From positions 176,760 to 240,759 of IMG/VR virus record IMGVR_UViG_3300027782_000027: DNA of 64,000 nucleotides; one strand, 5' to 3'. Position numbers and translations under genes: made by a program. This document shows, piece after piece, positions 20,733 to 30,871 of the stretch (its first letter is position 1; every line of letters starts with the position of its first letter). The notes beneath the pieces are model-generated. The model saw nothing but the letters and a program-made list of their open reading frames with translations. It had not been told where the DNA came from and searched no databases.

Positions 20733-21156
20733 GTTAACCAAACAAGACGTTGAAGACTTCAATTCATTCTGTACGATTAATGAAATAACCGACCCTAATG
20801 GTTTTGTTAAATTATGTTTTAGAAAGGGTTATTATATTGAAAAATATGGGTTATTAAATCAGGGTAATCTTCCTGAGGTTATTGACAGAGAATTTGAGAA
20901 GGAAGTTATTGTTGAAGATAACTCAAAAATTGAAGAACTACAAAATGAAATTTACATTCTTAAAGGTAAATTGGAAGATAAAAAGGAAGTAGAATGTGGT
21001 AAACTACAGGAAACCCTTTTTGAACTAAACAGACAATTAAGCGATAAAAATAACACAATAAAAGAATTAACAAGAAAGGTAAATGAGCTTGAAGATATGA
21101 CAAAAACTTCTTATGCTTTCTACCTACAGAATTCAAACTTAAAAAATAGAATATGA
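20704..21156 (+). CDS. Hypothetical coiled-coil protein
   Basis: Heptad-rich C-terminus; ATG 20704 preferred. Confidence 0.65.
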   Translation: MEQKNSLTIELTKQDVEDFNSFCTINEITDPNGFVKLCFRKGYYIEKYGLLNQGNLPEVIDREFEKEVIVEDNSKIEELQNEIYILKGKLEDKKEVECGKLQETLFELNRQLSDKNNTIKELTRKVNELEDMTKTSYAFYLQNSNLKNRI

Positions 21157-21503
21157 CACAGTTAGTATTATTTATGATTTTAGCCTACGGGTTCTCAACA
21201 ATTATGGTTTACGGAACCATATTTAAAGGGATAAGAGATTTCATCAAAGCTTATGGAAACTCTGATTTAATGTTATCAAACACATTCAACTTTATTTCAG
21301 GTATTATATCCTGTATGATGTGTTGTTCCACTTGGGTAGGTTTCTTTTTGGGAACATTTTTATTCTCACCGACTTATCAGTTCTTCGGAACAAGTCCATA
21401 CATTTCATGGTTCTTTGATGGTTTATTTGCATCAGGGGCAGTATGGGCAATCAACGCTTTCATTGAATGGTTTGAAGTAAACCGACCAGCTAAAATAGAT
21501 TAA
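21153..21503 (+). CDS. Membrane protein with CxxC motif (DUF1360-like)
   Basis: Three hydrophobic segments; CMMCCSTWVG. Confidence 0.6.
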   Translation: MTQLVLFMILAYGFSTIMVYGTIFKGIRDFIKAYGNSDLMLSNTFNFISGIISCMMCCSTWVGFFLGTFLFSPTYQFFGTSPYISWFFDGLFASGAVWAINAFIEWFEVNRPAKID

Positions 21504-21522
21504 TTTAAAACCCAAATAATAT

Positions 21523-21705
21523 ATGCCAACGTCAAGATTAAGACCAAACCACAAGCAGAAGGTTGCTGCGTGGAAATTAAAAAACGCTCATGCTGAAAGA
21601 CGCTACCAAAGAACAATGTCAGATTTGTTTGAAAAAATGAAACAAACCGTTTCTGAAAAACCAGAAGGTGAAGAAGCAAATGGACCTGTTCAGCAAGACA
21701 ATTAA
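21523..21705 (+). CDS. Small basic hypothetical protein
   Basis: 60 aa with AT-rich leader. Confidence 0.6.
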   Translation: MPTSRLRPNHKQKVAAWKLKNAHAERRYQRTMSDLFEKMKQTVSEKPEGEEANGPVQQDN

Positions 21706-24049
21706 TTTCACAAAAGTTAGAATGATAAAAGATTTAGATTTTTCAAAACTTGAAAATCCTTACGTACAAGTAGTATGGGAAGACACACCCGAAAATTTTA
21801 CACAAGAAAAGTTAAAAAGTGTGAAAGCGTACTTTCAAAAAAAGTATTCAACTACAAGCGTAAATGTTATTACCAAGTTAAAGAAAACAGAAGAGGTACA
21901 AGACAATGTTGATGTAACTATCAACATTATGGACGAGAACTATCAACACGATTTGATTAAGTCCATCCTTCAATCTAAATCTCAAGAAAACCTTTACGAA
22001 GATATACTGAAGATTGACTCGGCGGTGAACAATAAGATGATTGCCGAACAAGACGAGATTGCTTCATTTAAGAAGTGGTATATTAAGAAGATTGAGTTTT
22101 CTAACTTTCTATCTTATGGTGAAAACCAACATATAAACTTCGAAAAGTTGGGTGGGATTACCGTAATTGAATCGGACCCACCTAACTTTGGAGGTAAGAC
22201 TGTGTTGTCGGTGGATTTGTTGATGTTCTTGTTTTTCAATACGACAACAAAAACAAACAAAGCTGAGGAGATATTCAACAGATATTCTGATAAAGATAAA
22301 GTATCTGTTAGAGGGGAGATTGTTATTGATGGTGAAGATTACATTATTGTTCGTGAACTTGAACGTAAGAAATCTAAATCAGGTGAATGGAATGTTAAGA
22401 CAGAGTTAGACTTCTTTAAGAAGTTTCCTGATGGTTCATTGGTTAAATTCACGGGTGAACAACGACGTGAAACTGAAAAGTTTATTAAGACATCCATTGG
22501 AAGTTATGAAGACTTCCTGATGACTATATTGACCACTGGTACTAACCTTGAAGACTTGTTAGATGCAAAACCAACGGCTCGTGGACAAGTTCTATCAAGA
22601 TTTTTAGGTTTAGATTTCCTTAAAAGAAAGGAAGAGACTGGTAAAGAAATCTATTCGGAGTTCTCCAAGTCAATGATTTCAAACATATACAATACTGAAA
22701 CATTGAAGAATGAGAACGAAGAACTATTGGTTAAAAACCAAGAGTTTGATAAGAATATTGTAGAAAGTGAAGTTAAGATTGAAGATGTTAAAGGTAGGAT
22801 TGTTAAAGGACAAGAGTATCGTGATAACCTTTTGAAATCAAAGGTTGTTGTTGATAGAGAAATTTCATTACTTAACCCTGAAAACACAAAGAAAGAAGTT
22901 GAAACCTTTGAATATCAAATCAAACAGAATGTTCAGTTAAGAGATGGTGTTAAGATTGTTGAACCTTCAAAGTTTTATTATGAGAATGAACATGATAAGG
23001 TTAAGGAGGAGTATCAGAAAACCTACAAACAAAAGGTTGAGTTAGATACTAATATATCATCAATTCAAAAGTTAAAAAGTTCGGTAAGTGGTGGTATCAA
23101 GTGTGAACACTGTGGTATTGAACTTATGAACGCAGCAATTACACAATCAAGAATTGCTGAACTTGACGGACTTATCGGGCAAAAAACCAAGATTGAGGGT
23201 TTAATACAAGAATTATCGGACAAAGAACAAGGTTTTGTTAAACTTAAAAAAGACTTTGATGAGTACGAAAGAAACAAACTTGTCTATGAAAAATACCAAG
23301 CAACAATTGAAAACTTTGAGTTAAAGAAAGAAAGTTTGTTAGATAAGTTGAAAAGATATGATGATGTACAAGATGTTATTAAATCTAACGAACAGATTGA
23401 AAGTCAAATCATTAAGGCTAACTTACGATTGGAAGATTTAAAACGAGAGGAACAACTTGTTCAACAGGAAGTTTCAAGTTCACGTTTTAAAATTACCAAC
23501 AATCTTGAAAAGATTAATACTAACAACAACTTAATCATTAAGATTTCTGAGGAACAACAAAAGGAAGTTAAGTATAAAGTTTATTTGGAATTGTTTGGTA
23601 AGAACGGTATATCAAAAAGAATTATGAAGAACATGATGCCTTTGATTAACTCTGAACTTCAACGACTATTACAGGACTCATGTTACTTCAGATTGGAAAT
23701 TCGTATTAGTGAAAAGAATGAGGTTGAATTTTGTATGATAGACAATAATACTCAAATTGAAAAGTTAATGACTTCAGGTTCGGGATATGAGAAGACAATT
23801 GCTTCACTGGCGTTAAGAGCGGTGATGGCTAAAGTATGTTCTTTACCTAAACCAAACATTACGGTATTTGATGAAGTCTTCGGTAAGATATCTAACGACA
23901 ACTTGGAAATGGTTTATGAGTTCTTTATTAAGATTAAAGAATACTTTGAAAACATACTTGTTATTACTCACAACCCTATGATTTCAAACTGGGCCGATAA
24001 CATCATCAAGATTACGAAAACTGACAATATTTCTAAAGTTTCACATTAA
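21680..24049 (+). CDS. sbcC: SbcC/Rad50/gp46-like ATPase
   Basis: FSNFLSYG, NFGGKT Walker A, CEHC zinc hook, SGSGYE signature, VFDEVFG Walker B, VITH. Confidence 0.9.
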   Translation: MDLFSKTINFTKVRMIKDLDFSKLENPYVQVVWEDTPENFTQEKLKSVKAYFQKKYSTTSVNVITKLKKTEEVQDNVDVTINIMDENYQHDLIKSILQSKSQENLYEDILKIDSAVNNKMIAEQDEIASFKKWYIKKIEFSNFLSYGENQHINFEKLGGITVIESDPPNFGGKTVLSVDLLMFLFFNTTTKTNKAEEIFNRYSDKDKVSVRGEIVIDGEDYIIVRELERKKSKSGEWNVKTELDFFKKFPDGSLVKFTGEQRRETEKFIKTSIGSYEDFLMTILTTGTNLEDLLDAKPTARGQVLSRFLGLDFLKRKEETGKEIYSEFSKSMISNIYNTETLKNENEELLVKNQEFDKNIVESEVKIEDVKGRIVKGQEYRDNLLKSKVVVDREISLLNPENTKKEVETFEYQIKQNVQLRDGVKIVEPSKFYYENEHDKVKEEYQKTYKQKVELDTNISSIQKLKSSVSGGIKCEHCGIELMNAAITQSRIAELDGLIGQKTKIEGLIQELSDKEQGFVKLKKDFDEYERNKLVYEKYQATIENFELKKESLLDKLKRYDDVQDVIKSNEQIESQIIKANLRLEDLKREEQLVQQEVSSSRFKITNNLEKINTNNNLIIKISEEQQKEVKYKVYLELFGKNGISKRIMKNMMPLINSELQRLLQDSCYFRLEIRISEKNEVEFCMIDNNTQIEKLMTSGSGYEKTIASLALRAVMAKVCSLPKPNITVFDEVFGKISNDNLEMVYEFFIKIKEYFENILVITHNPMISNWADNIIKITKTDNISKVSH

Positions 24050-24050
24050 G

Positions 24051-24081
24051 TTTGGTAAATTAAAAAATTGTATTATCTTTG
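24051..24081 (+). promoter_or_regulatory. Bacteroidota-type promoter driving the sigma-factor operon
   Basis: TTTG-N19-TATCTTTG. Confidence 0.75.
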
Positions 24082-24088
24082 TAAGACT

Positions 24089-24643
24089 ATGATTATGAAT
24101 TATATATTATTTGCATTCGGGGAATATAAAGAAAACCCACAGGCCTTAAACCTTTTAACTGAAACGGTATCACAAATATCAAAAGGTGAGATAAAATTCC
24201 AACATGGAGACAGTGGTGTCATAATAACATTTGGCACGAAGTTGGATTGGGAAGATATAGACGACTATATGAAGAAAAATATTGTTAAATTAACAGCAAT
24301 GTATTTTGTTTTCCCTATTGAATCTGACATGATATATTCTATGGACGAAGATATTAAAAAACATTTGTTTGAAAACACTGACATTTTGACAGAAAATGAA
24401 GAATTAAATCAGACTAGATACGTAAGTGATAATACAGGAGTTCCTGAATTTTTTAGGGGTATCCATATTCACAAGGGTAGTCCTTTTGATGATATTCTTA
24501 AAATCCTTAATGAAGAAGTTATTCAAGATGTACCAGTTATGACACTTAATGATTTATTGGATAAGATAAAAGAAAAAGGTATAGATAGTTTGTCAGAAAT
24601 TCAATTAAAACAATTAGAAATTTACTCAAAACAAATAATATGA
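24089..24643 (+). CDS. Hypothetical protein
   Basis: ORF with C-terminal LNDLLDKIKEKGIDSL motif; ATG 24089 lies after the promoter. Confidence 0.7.
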   Translation: MIMNYILFAFGEYKENPQALNLLTETVSQISKGEIKFQHGDSGVIITFGTKLDWEDIDDYMKKNIVKLTAMYFVFPIESDMIYSMDEDIKKHLFENTDILTENEELNQTRYVSDNTGVPEFFRGIHIHKGSPFDDILKILNEEVIQDVPVMTLNDLLDKIKEKGIDSLSEIQLKQLEIYSKQII

Positions 24644-25440
24644 TGGAAAAAAACCAAGTTATCCCGATTAATCAAGACGAAGTACAAATCTACCTTAAAG
24701 AACTCAGACGTATTAAGGTAATGACTCCTGAAAGAGAAAGGGAACTGTCGGCTAAGATGCAAACCCCCGAAACGACTGATAGTGAAAAGGCACGTATCTG
24801 TAAAGAATTGTTAGAGGGTAACCTACGATTTGTTATCACTGTTGCTAAACAGTATCAGGGACAAGGTGTTGATTTCAGTGATTTAGTTGCTGAAGGGAAT
24901 ATCGGACTTATGAAGGCGATTAATAGTTTTGATTGGACAAAGAACCTTCGTTTCATATCGTATGCGGTGTGGTGGATTAGACAATCCATTCTACAGTCTT
25001 TGAATGAACACTCAAGAACAATCCGTATCCCTGTTAACGTTATCCAAGACCTATATAAAGAGAAGAAACGTACAGACAAGACGGGTGAAAGAATTGACGA
25101 TAGATTTGCTAATCTCCCATCAACAATTAACCTACAAACTCAGATTAATGAAGATGGTGATACGTTGATTGATTTAATTGTTAATAAGAATAGTGATATG
25201 CCTGATGAGGCATTTAATAATGGTGACCAACTTAAAGACGGATTGTTTGGTATTATGAATATACTAGATGAACGTGAAAGACAGATTATTGAAGACTATT
25301 ATGGTATCTCAGGTACCCCAAGAACACTTGAAGATATTGGTTCAGATTTCAGTTTAACTAAGGAAAGAGTAAGACAAATTAAGGAAAAAGCTCTTCGTAA
25401 GTTACGAAATGAAAGTGTTACCTTGTTCGATTATATGTAA
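24640..25440 (+). CDS. RNA polymerase sigma70-family factor (RpoD/RpoS-like, no region 1.1)
   Basis: YLKELRR, NLRFVITVAKQY, DLVAEGNIGL, FISYAVWWIRQSI, TLEDIG..LTKERVRQIKEKALRKLR. Confidence 0.95.
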   Translation: MMEKNQVIPINQDEVQIYLKELRRIKVMTPERERELSAKMQTPETTDSEKARICKELLEGNLRFVITVAKQYQGQGVDFSDLVAEGNIGLMKAINSFDWTKNLRFISYAVWWIRQSILQSLNEHSRTIRIPVNVIQDLYKEKKRTDKTGERIDDRFANLPSTINLQTQINEDGDTLIDLIVNKNSDMPDEAFNNGDQLKDGLFGIMNILDERERQIIEDYYGISGTPRTLEDIGSDFSLTKERVRQIKEKALRKLRNESVTLFDYM

Positions 25441-25490
25441 TCAACTATTTATTGTTATAAATTTAATTTTAAATTAGATAAAAAAACATT

Positions 25491-25769
25491 ATGGAAAAAT
25501 TACAGAAATACTTTATCCCCGCGATTTTGGTAATCGTATTATTATCCTTCTTTAAAGGATGTGGAACCTCAACCCAAGTTAAAACAACTGAAAAACAGGT
25601 TGAGTTATTAACTAAGAAAGTTGACTCTTTAAGTACTATCGTAGTATCTCAGGATAAACTAATTACTATCATTAAAGAAACTCCAAGTTGGAAGACTTTA
25701 GAAATTGAAGAATTGTCGGATAAGAACCATATGCCCATAAACCATTACAAGAATGAGTTGGGACAATGA
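25491..25769 (+). CDS. Putative lipoprotein/membrane-anchored protein
   Basis: Hydrophobic N-terminus then FKGCG; TATTTAT at 25446. Confidence 0.6.
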   Translation: MEKLQKYFIPAILVIVLLSFFKGCGTSTQVKTTEKQVELLTKKVDSLSTIVVSQDKLITIIKETPSWKTLEIEELSDKNHMPINHYKNELGQ

Positions 25770-26707
25770 AAAATTGGTTTAGTAGAAATTTAACAAACAT
25801 AATTTCTTTAGCCTTTGTTATTCCAATATTACTCGTAGCGTTTGTGTCAATATCACACGTTACGAGTTTTTATGGTTTATCCAATCCTTTTACTTGGGCT
25901 ATATACCTTTCAGTGGGTATTGAAATTGCTGCATTATCTGCCTTAGCAGCTGTGTCAGTTAACATGGGTCGTTTTGTTTACTTCCCATTTATCATCGTAA
26001 CATTCATTCAGATGTTGGGTAATATTTTCTTTTCGTTTACATATATCGATGAGACATCACAAACATTCCAAGATTGGATTGCAATGGTTGGTGGGTTGTT
26101 TGAAAACATGGGGATTGAAATGACTGATTTAAACAGTCATAAGACAGTTTTAGCTTTCTTAACTGGAGGGTTACTTCCAGTCATATCTCTAACATTTGCT
26201 CACATGTTGGTAAAGTTTACCGAAAAGAATAAAGAAGTGGTTGAAGATGATAAAACAGATTTAACTGAAGGTGACATTCAAAAAATAATTGAATTACAGG
26301 TTAAAGAAAAGGAAAAAGAAAAGTGGACACCTTCTAATGAAGATTTAGAAAAATTAGAGGAAATATTAAAAAATAACTATCCTGTAGAACAAAAACCTAA
26401 AAGTAAACCATATCAACCATCTGAAGAAGATTTACGTAAGATTGAAGAAGTTTTAAATGGTTATACTGAAATTGTTAAAGAAAATATTGATGAAAACGAT
26501 GAGGTGATAACTGAGGACGTTGTTGAGGAACCTGTGGAAGAAGTTAAACCGATTACGGAAGAAAATCAGTATGACAATACTGTATATATGGGATTACTTA
26601 ATAAAGAAGAAGATATACAACCTGAAGAGGTTGAAAAAAAAAATGATACACTTACCGAAACGGGTGAAGATTACAAGGTTTTAAACTACAAAAAAAGAGA
26701 TGCTTGA
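25766..26707 (+). CDS. Multi-pass membrane protein with acidic tail
   Basis: About four TM segments, then an E/K-rich tail with a repeated PSxEDLxKxEE. Confidence 0.7.
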   Translation: MKNWFSRNLTNIISLAFVIPILLVAFVSISHVTSFYGLSNPFTWAIYLSVGIEIAALSALAAVSVNMGRFVYFPFIIVTFIQMLGNIFFSFTYIDETSQTFQDWIAMVGGLFENMGIEMTDLNSHKTVLAFLTGGLLPVISLTFAHMLVKFTEKNKEVVEDDKTDLTEGDIQKIIELQVKEKEKEKWTPSNEDLEKLEEILKNNYPVEQKPKSKPYQPSEEDLRKIEEVLNGYTEIVKENIDENDEVITEDVVEEPVEEVKPITEENQYDNTVYMGLLNKEEDIQPEEVEKKNDTLTETGEDYKVLNYKKRDA

Positions 26708-27302
26708 AATTAAAAAATATGGTAAGTTTTCTAATTTTGAAAAAAATAAAAAGAAAAAACAAATAATTCTTTGTAACAGTTTTAGACCACAAGGAGAATA
26801 TCTAAACTCTTTGAAATACCGTTTTAACGGTAACTACAAGAAAATTCCTAATTATTTAATAACCAAATCAGGGGTTGTGTTAAATTTTATATCAGACGAT
26901 TCTTATGGTGATTTTTTTTCAGAAAGTGAAGTAAATAAACATTCAATCGTGATTTGTTTAGAAAATTTAGGGTGGTTACAAAAAACACCGTTAGGTTTAT
27001 CTCATTCTAATTGGATTGGTGATATTTATAGTAAAGATATTTTTGAAAAAAAATGGAGAAGTAAAATTTTTTGGGAACCATATACTAAAGAACAAATAAA
27101 TTCACTGATAGAACTTTCAAAAAAACTCTTAAAGAAATTTTCAATAGACAACAAATTTATTGGACACAATACGAGAGTAGACGGTGTTAAATTATTTAAT
27201 GGAATTGTCTGTAGAAGTAATTTTAGTGATAAATTTTTGGATTTAAACCCATCATTTGAATATGAATATTTTAAAAAAGAGATAGAAAATTATGAGAGAT
27301 AA
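26700..27302 (+). CDS. Amidase_2-like (N-acetylmuramoyl-L-alanine amidase fold), probably degenerate
   Basis: QIILCNS, PNYLITKSG, SIVICLENLGW, YTKEQINSL, DLNPSF. Confidence 0.6.
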   Translation: MLEIKKYGKFSNFEKNKKKKQIILCNSFRPQGEYLNSLKYRFNGNYKKIPNYLITKSGVVLNFISDDSYGDFFSESEVNKHSIVICLENLGWLQKTPLGLSHSNWIGDIYSKDIFEKKWRSKIFWEPYTKEQINSLIELSKKLLKKFSIDNKFIGHNTRVDGVKLFNGIVCRSNFSDKFLDLNPSFEYEYFKKEIENYER

Positions 27303-27891
27303 CCAAGACATAAAAGACCAACTTAAAAAAGTTAGACAAATTCTTGAATCAAAAAATCAAATAGTTCAAGGACACATAAAGGAAATTAAGAAGTCGTATT
27401 TGATAACTGAAGAGGAAATTGAGGACAATAATATATCTACAAGATATAATGTCCCTAAATCTGTTGAGGACGATATTCAGGGGGATACGGACGAACCAAA
27501 TAAAGCTGAACAGGCATATAGAATATCTGGTGGTATATTAGTTATTCATGCTGAAACCATGAAAGATACCGAACTAACTACTGATGATAAAATGGCTTTT
27601 CAGGAGACTATGGATGAGTTTGTTAGTGAAGTTTCTGATTTAGTTAATTTCAATCAATTAAATGTTTATAAAGATAATGTTGATTGGAGTGGTAAAATTG
27701 TCGATTTTGATATTGATTTTTATTTTACTATCGGAGAAAATAATGGTTTATATATAACTTGTGATATGGTTAAAGTTGATGAAAATTTCACAGCGTCAAT
27801 GGATAAATTACAAACATTTTACGAAAAGTTCAAATCTAAATGGGCTAAAGTAATTGCTAGTAGAAAAAAAACAAAACCAATGGGAGTATGA
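27292..27891 (+). CDS. Hypothetical (probable virion) protein
   Basis: 199-aa ORF. Confidence 0.7.
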   Translation: MRDNQDIKDQLKKVRQILESKNQIVQGHIKEIKKSYLITEEEIEDNNISTRYNVPKSVEDDIQGDTDEPNKAEQAYRISGGILVIHAETMKDTELTTDDKMAFQETMDEFVSEVSDLVNFNQLNVYKDNVDWSGKIVDFDIDFYFTIGENNGLYITCDMVKVDENFTASMDKLQTFYEKFKSKWAKVIASRKKTKPMGV

Positions 27892-28226
27892 GTCAAAAAG
27901 TAATTATAATATTAGTTAGTATTTTAATTTTATTAGTTGGTTATAATACTATTATAACCACAAAGATTAAAACCGATGTTAAAAAATATCAAACATCAAT
28001 TGACAGTATACAAACAAAAATTGATTCTGTTAGTTTAATAAACAAAGAATTGGATTTAAAACTTGATTCATTAGATACGAATATCAATCATATTACCAAA
28101 GAAATCGATTTGGTTGATAATAACATAAATGTAATAAAAAAGAAAACAAATGAAAAAATTGTTGTTGTTGACCATTATGACAATGCTGAGCTTAATGGGT
28201 TTTTCTCAGGTAGGTACGGTAACTAA
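27888..28226 (+). CDS. TM-anchored coiled-coil protein (i-spanin-like)
   Basis: N-terminal TM helix plus heptads. Confidence 0.5.
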   Translation: MSQKVIIILVSILILLVGYNTIITTKIKTDVKKYQTSIDSIQTKIDSVSLINKELDLKLDSLDTNINHITKEIDLVDNNINVIKKKTNEKIVVVDHYDNAELNGFFSGRYGN

Positions 28227-28572
28227 AGATACAACTAAGGTTGTTATAAGTTCAGAAATTGCAAGACAAATTGCTAAAGATTTAATTAGATTAGATGGTT
28301 GTATTCAAGAAAATACCGAATTGTATACTAAGATATCAAAGATAGAAGATAGAGAAAAACAAAAAGACCAAAAGATTGAAATTTTACAAGAAAAAGATAA
28401 AAACAATCAAGTTATAATTGGTGAAAAAGATAAACAAATTGGTTTGTATGTTAATATGACTAACGATTTGAAAGATGAAATTAAAACCAATAATGATAAA
28501 ACTAAATGGTGGAAAGTCGGAACCTATACCGGTGGAGGATTAACACTTCTATTATTAATACTCGCATTTTAA
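28150..28572 (+). CDS. Signal-peptide coiled-coil protein with C-terminal TM (spanin-like partner)
   Basis: MKKLLLLTIMTMLSLMGFSQ; overlaps the previous gene by 77 nt. Confidence 0.5.
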   Translation: MKKLLLLTIMTMLSLMGFSQVGTVTKDTTKVVISSEIARQIAKDLIRLDGCIQENTELYTKISKIEDREKQKDQKIEILQEKDKNNQVIIGEKDKQIGLYVNMTNDLKDEIKTNNDKTKWWKVGTYTGGGLTLLLLILAF

Positions 28573-28573
28573 A

Positions 28574-28816
28574 ATGGCTTTTAATCAATCTGAAAAAAAC
28601 GAAATAGAAAAAATTGTCAAAAAAGAAATTAAATCTTTTTTAGATTCAAATACTATTAAACAATTTGAAGAAAAAATGATAGAATTATTATTAAAGGATA
28701 TTAAAAAGGGTAAATCTGAGAAAGAGATAAAAAATATAATTTCTAAGTCAATGATGGATTTCTACGAATATTTATGGTTTAATAAATCAACTTGGATGGA
28801 TAAAATTAAAAGGTAA
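28574..28816 (+). CDS. Hypothetical protein
   Basis: 80-aa ORF. Confidence 0.7.
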   Translation: MAFNQSEKNEIEKIVKKEIKSFLDSNTIKQFEEKMIELLLKDIKKGKSEKEIKNIISKSMMDFYEYLWFNKSTWMDKIKR

Positions 28817-28817
28817 T

Positions 28818-29366
28818 ATGGACATAAAAGATACGTTATTAAAATCTCTACAGAGTAAAATGCCAAGAGATACCGACTCTTTAAAAGATATGAATAGTTT
28901 TGCAACCAAGTTAAAAACTGAAAGTGAGGAGTTTGATGAGGCGACTGGTTCAGGTAGTACTGGTGGATATGTTGGTCCTTTATCTGAAGAAGAATATTGT
29001 GATGTTTGTGATAAAACTAAATCTGAATGTAGTTGTGATGAAATTAAAAAAGTTGAAGCAACTGAAGCAACAGGTTCTAGTTCGTCTGGTTCATATGAAG
29101 GTCCATCATTTTTAGCTAAATCACAAAAGAAAAAAGATTGGAGAGGAGCAGCAAAACCATTATATAAAGGTGGAAAGTTTGTGAAAATTAAAAAGAAATG
29201 TCAAAAGTTTCCATATTGTAATCAAGGGGATATTAACGCTCTTAAATTGACTGAACTTGATGTCTTTGAAAGTATTGTTAAAAAATTGGCATTGGAATAT
29301 AAAATAGACGAAAATCTAATTAAAAAATTAATCAAAGAAGATATTCTGAAAAACATGAATATCTGA
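28818..29366 (+). CDS. Hypothetical virion-type protein with repeated EATGS motifs
   Basis: EATGSGSTGGYVGP / EATGSSSSGSYEGP; CQKFPYCNQG. Confidence 0.7.
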   Translation: MDIKDTLLKSLQSKMPRDTDSLKDMNSFATKLKTESEEFDEATGSGSTGGYVGPLSEEEYCDVCDKTKSECSCDEIKKVEATEATGSSSSGSYEGPSFLAKSQKKKDWRGAAKPLYKGGKFVKIKKKCQKFPYCNQGDINALKLTELDVFESIVKKLALEYKIDENLIKKLIKEDILKNMNI

Positions 29367-29387
29367 ATATTTATATAGTAAAATACA

Positions 29388-30833
29388 ATGTTTGAATTTG
29401 ATAAAATAATTAAGGGTATCATTAGTGAAAGTTTATCTGAAAGAGCTGATGAACTTGCTGGACAGATTTTTAACAAAATTGAATCAAACGAAGACGTTGA
29501 TAAGTACGATTTAGAAGTAGGTACTGATTATGGTTTTGATGACGATGATGAGGATTACACGTTTATAAGAAGAGGTAAAATATCACCAGACGGACCATTC
29601 CATTTTAAAAGAAATAAACGAGGTGACGATGTTGCCTTTGGAGAAAAAAAAATAGCAAACATGAAAAAAAGAATTAAAGATGCAAGAAGTGAAACAACTG
29701 AAAGACTACATGGTGGTCAAAAAAAATTAGATGTTGCAGAACCTAAAGGTAAACTGACTAAAGCGGATTTTTTAAAATTACAAAAAATGGAAGAAGAAGT
29801 AGAAGAAGGAAACGCTTTTACTGGAGCTTTATCGAAGGCGAAAAAAGAAGGTAAAAAATCTTTTAAAGTTGATGGTAAAGAATTTGAAGTGACTGAAGAT
29901 TTAGGTGGTATGAGATTAGGTATGGGACACGATGACTTTGAAGATATGAATTTATCTGATGATGAAAACCCAAGAGTCCAATATTTGAAGAAAAAGTATA
30001 TGAGAAATTATCCTGAAGAGATTGACCAAGAAGTTGATTTTGTTTCAGGTGATGAAGAACCGGTTAATTATAGAATTAAGATGGGTGATGGTGATTTTCT
30101 TGATTTGGGTGAATCAGAATTGATTGATATGATTGAAGAACTTGTTACTGAAGAAAAGGTTAAGGATAATTTAAAGAAGACAGGTAAACCAGCTGGATTA
30201 GTTCAATATGATAGAGTTTCTAAAAAAGATAAAGAACAGAACTCAAAGGCTAATAAAGAATCATTTAAAAAGATGGCTGACTATGTTAAAGCAGGGTCTA
30301 AAGATACATTTAAATCTAATCCAGTAACGTTCCCAAAAGGTAATGGTGAACTTGCTAAAATGGATAAAAAGGCATATACAGCATCTGAGTATGTTGATGA
30401 GTATATAGATGCATTTGCGTATCCAGGACAAACTAACATAGTGTTTGATGAGATTAAACCTGATGATAAAAAAATTGAGATGTATCTTAAAGGTAATAGA
30501 CTAACAGGTAATGCTCAGGTTGATGACGAAGGTAATCCATTAGGTAATGTTGTTCCAAGTAAGTTAGGTGAGAAGATGTATAAGAACTACGAGGATAATT
30601 TATATGGTGCGGAACAATCAGAAGCTTCTTATAAGAGACAATCACAACCTGTTGATGTTGCCGGTGAAGTAACTCAAAAGGGTAAATTAAAAAGTAAAAA
30701 AAGTTCATCGGCGGCTAAGGCTCAAAAAGTTTTAGATAATGTTAGTGAATCAATATTTAATGAAAAAAGTTCACTTCTTAATGAAGAGATGGAAAACATG
30801 AAAAAGTTAATTGGTTATCAGTATAAAAAATAA
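29388..30833 (+). CDS. Probable internal head protein
   Basis: TATTTATA at 29368-29375; IIKGIISE leader; charged modules separated by Glu-containing linkers. Confidence 0.6.
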   Translation: MFEFDKIIKGIISESLSERADELAGQIFNKIESNEDVDKYDLEVGTDYGFDDDDEDYTFIRRGKISPDGPFHFKRNKRGDDVAFGEKKIANMKKRIKDARSETTERLHGGQKKLDVAEPKGKLTKADFLKLQKMEEEVEEGNAFTGALSKAKKEGKKSFKVDGKEFEVTEDLGGMRLGMGHDDFEDMNLSDDENPRVQYLKKKYMRNYPEEIDQEVDFVSGDEEPVNYRIKMGDGDFLDLGESELIDMIEELVTEEKVKDNLKKTGKPAGLVQYDRVSKKDKEQNSKANKESFKKMADYVKAGSKDTFKSNPVTFPKGNGELAKMDKKAYTASEYVDEYIDAFAYPGQTNIVFDEIKPDDKKIEMYLKGNRLTGNAQVDDEGNPLGNVVPSKLGEKMYKNYEDNLYGAEQSEASYKRQSQPVDVAGEVTQKGKLKSKKSSSAAKAQKVLDNVSESIFNEKSSLLNEEMENMKKLIGYQYKK

Positions 30834-30871
30834 TTAGTTACTTTAAAATATTTTAATCTATAATTCTCCAT

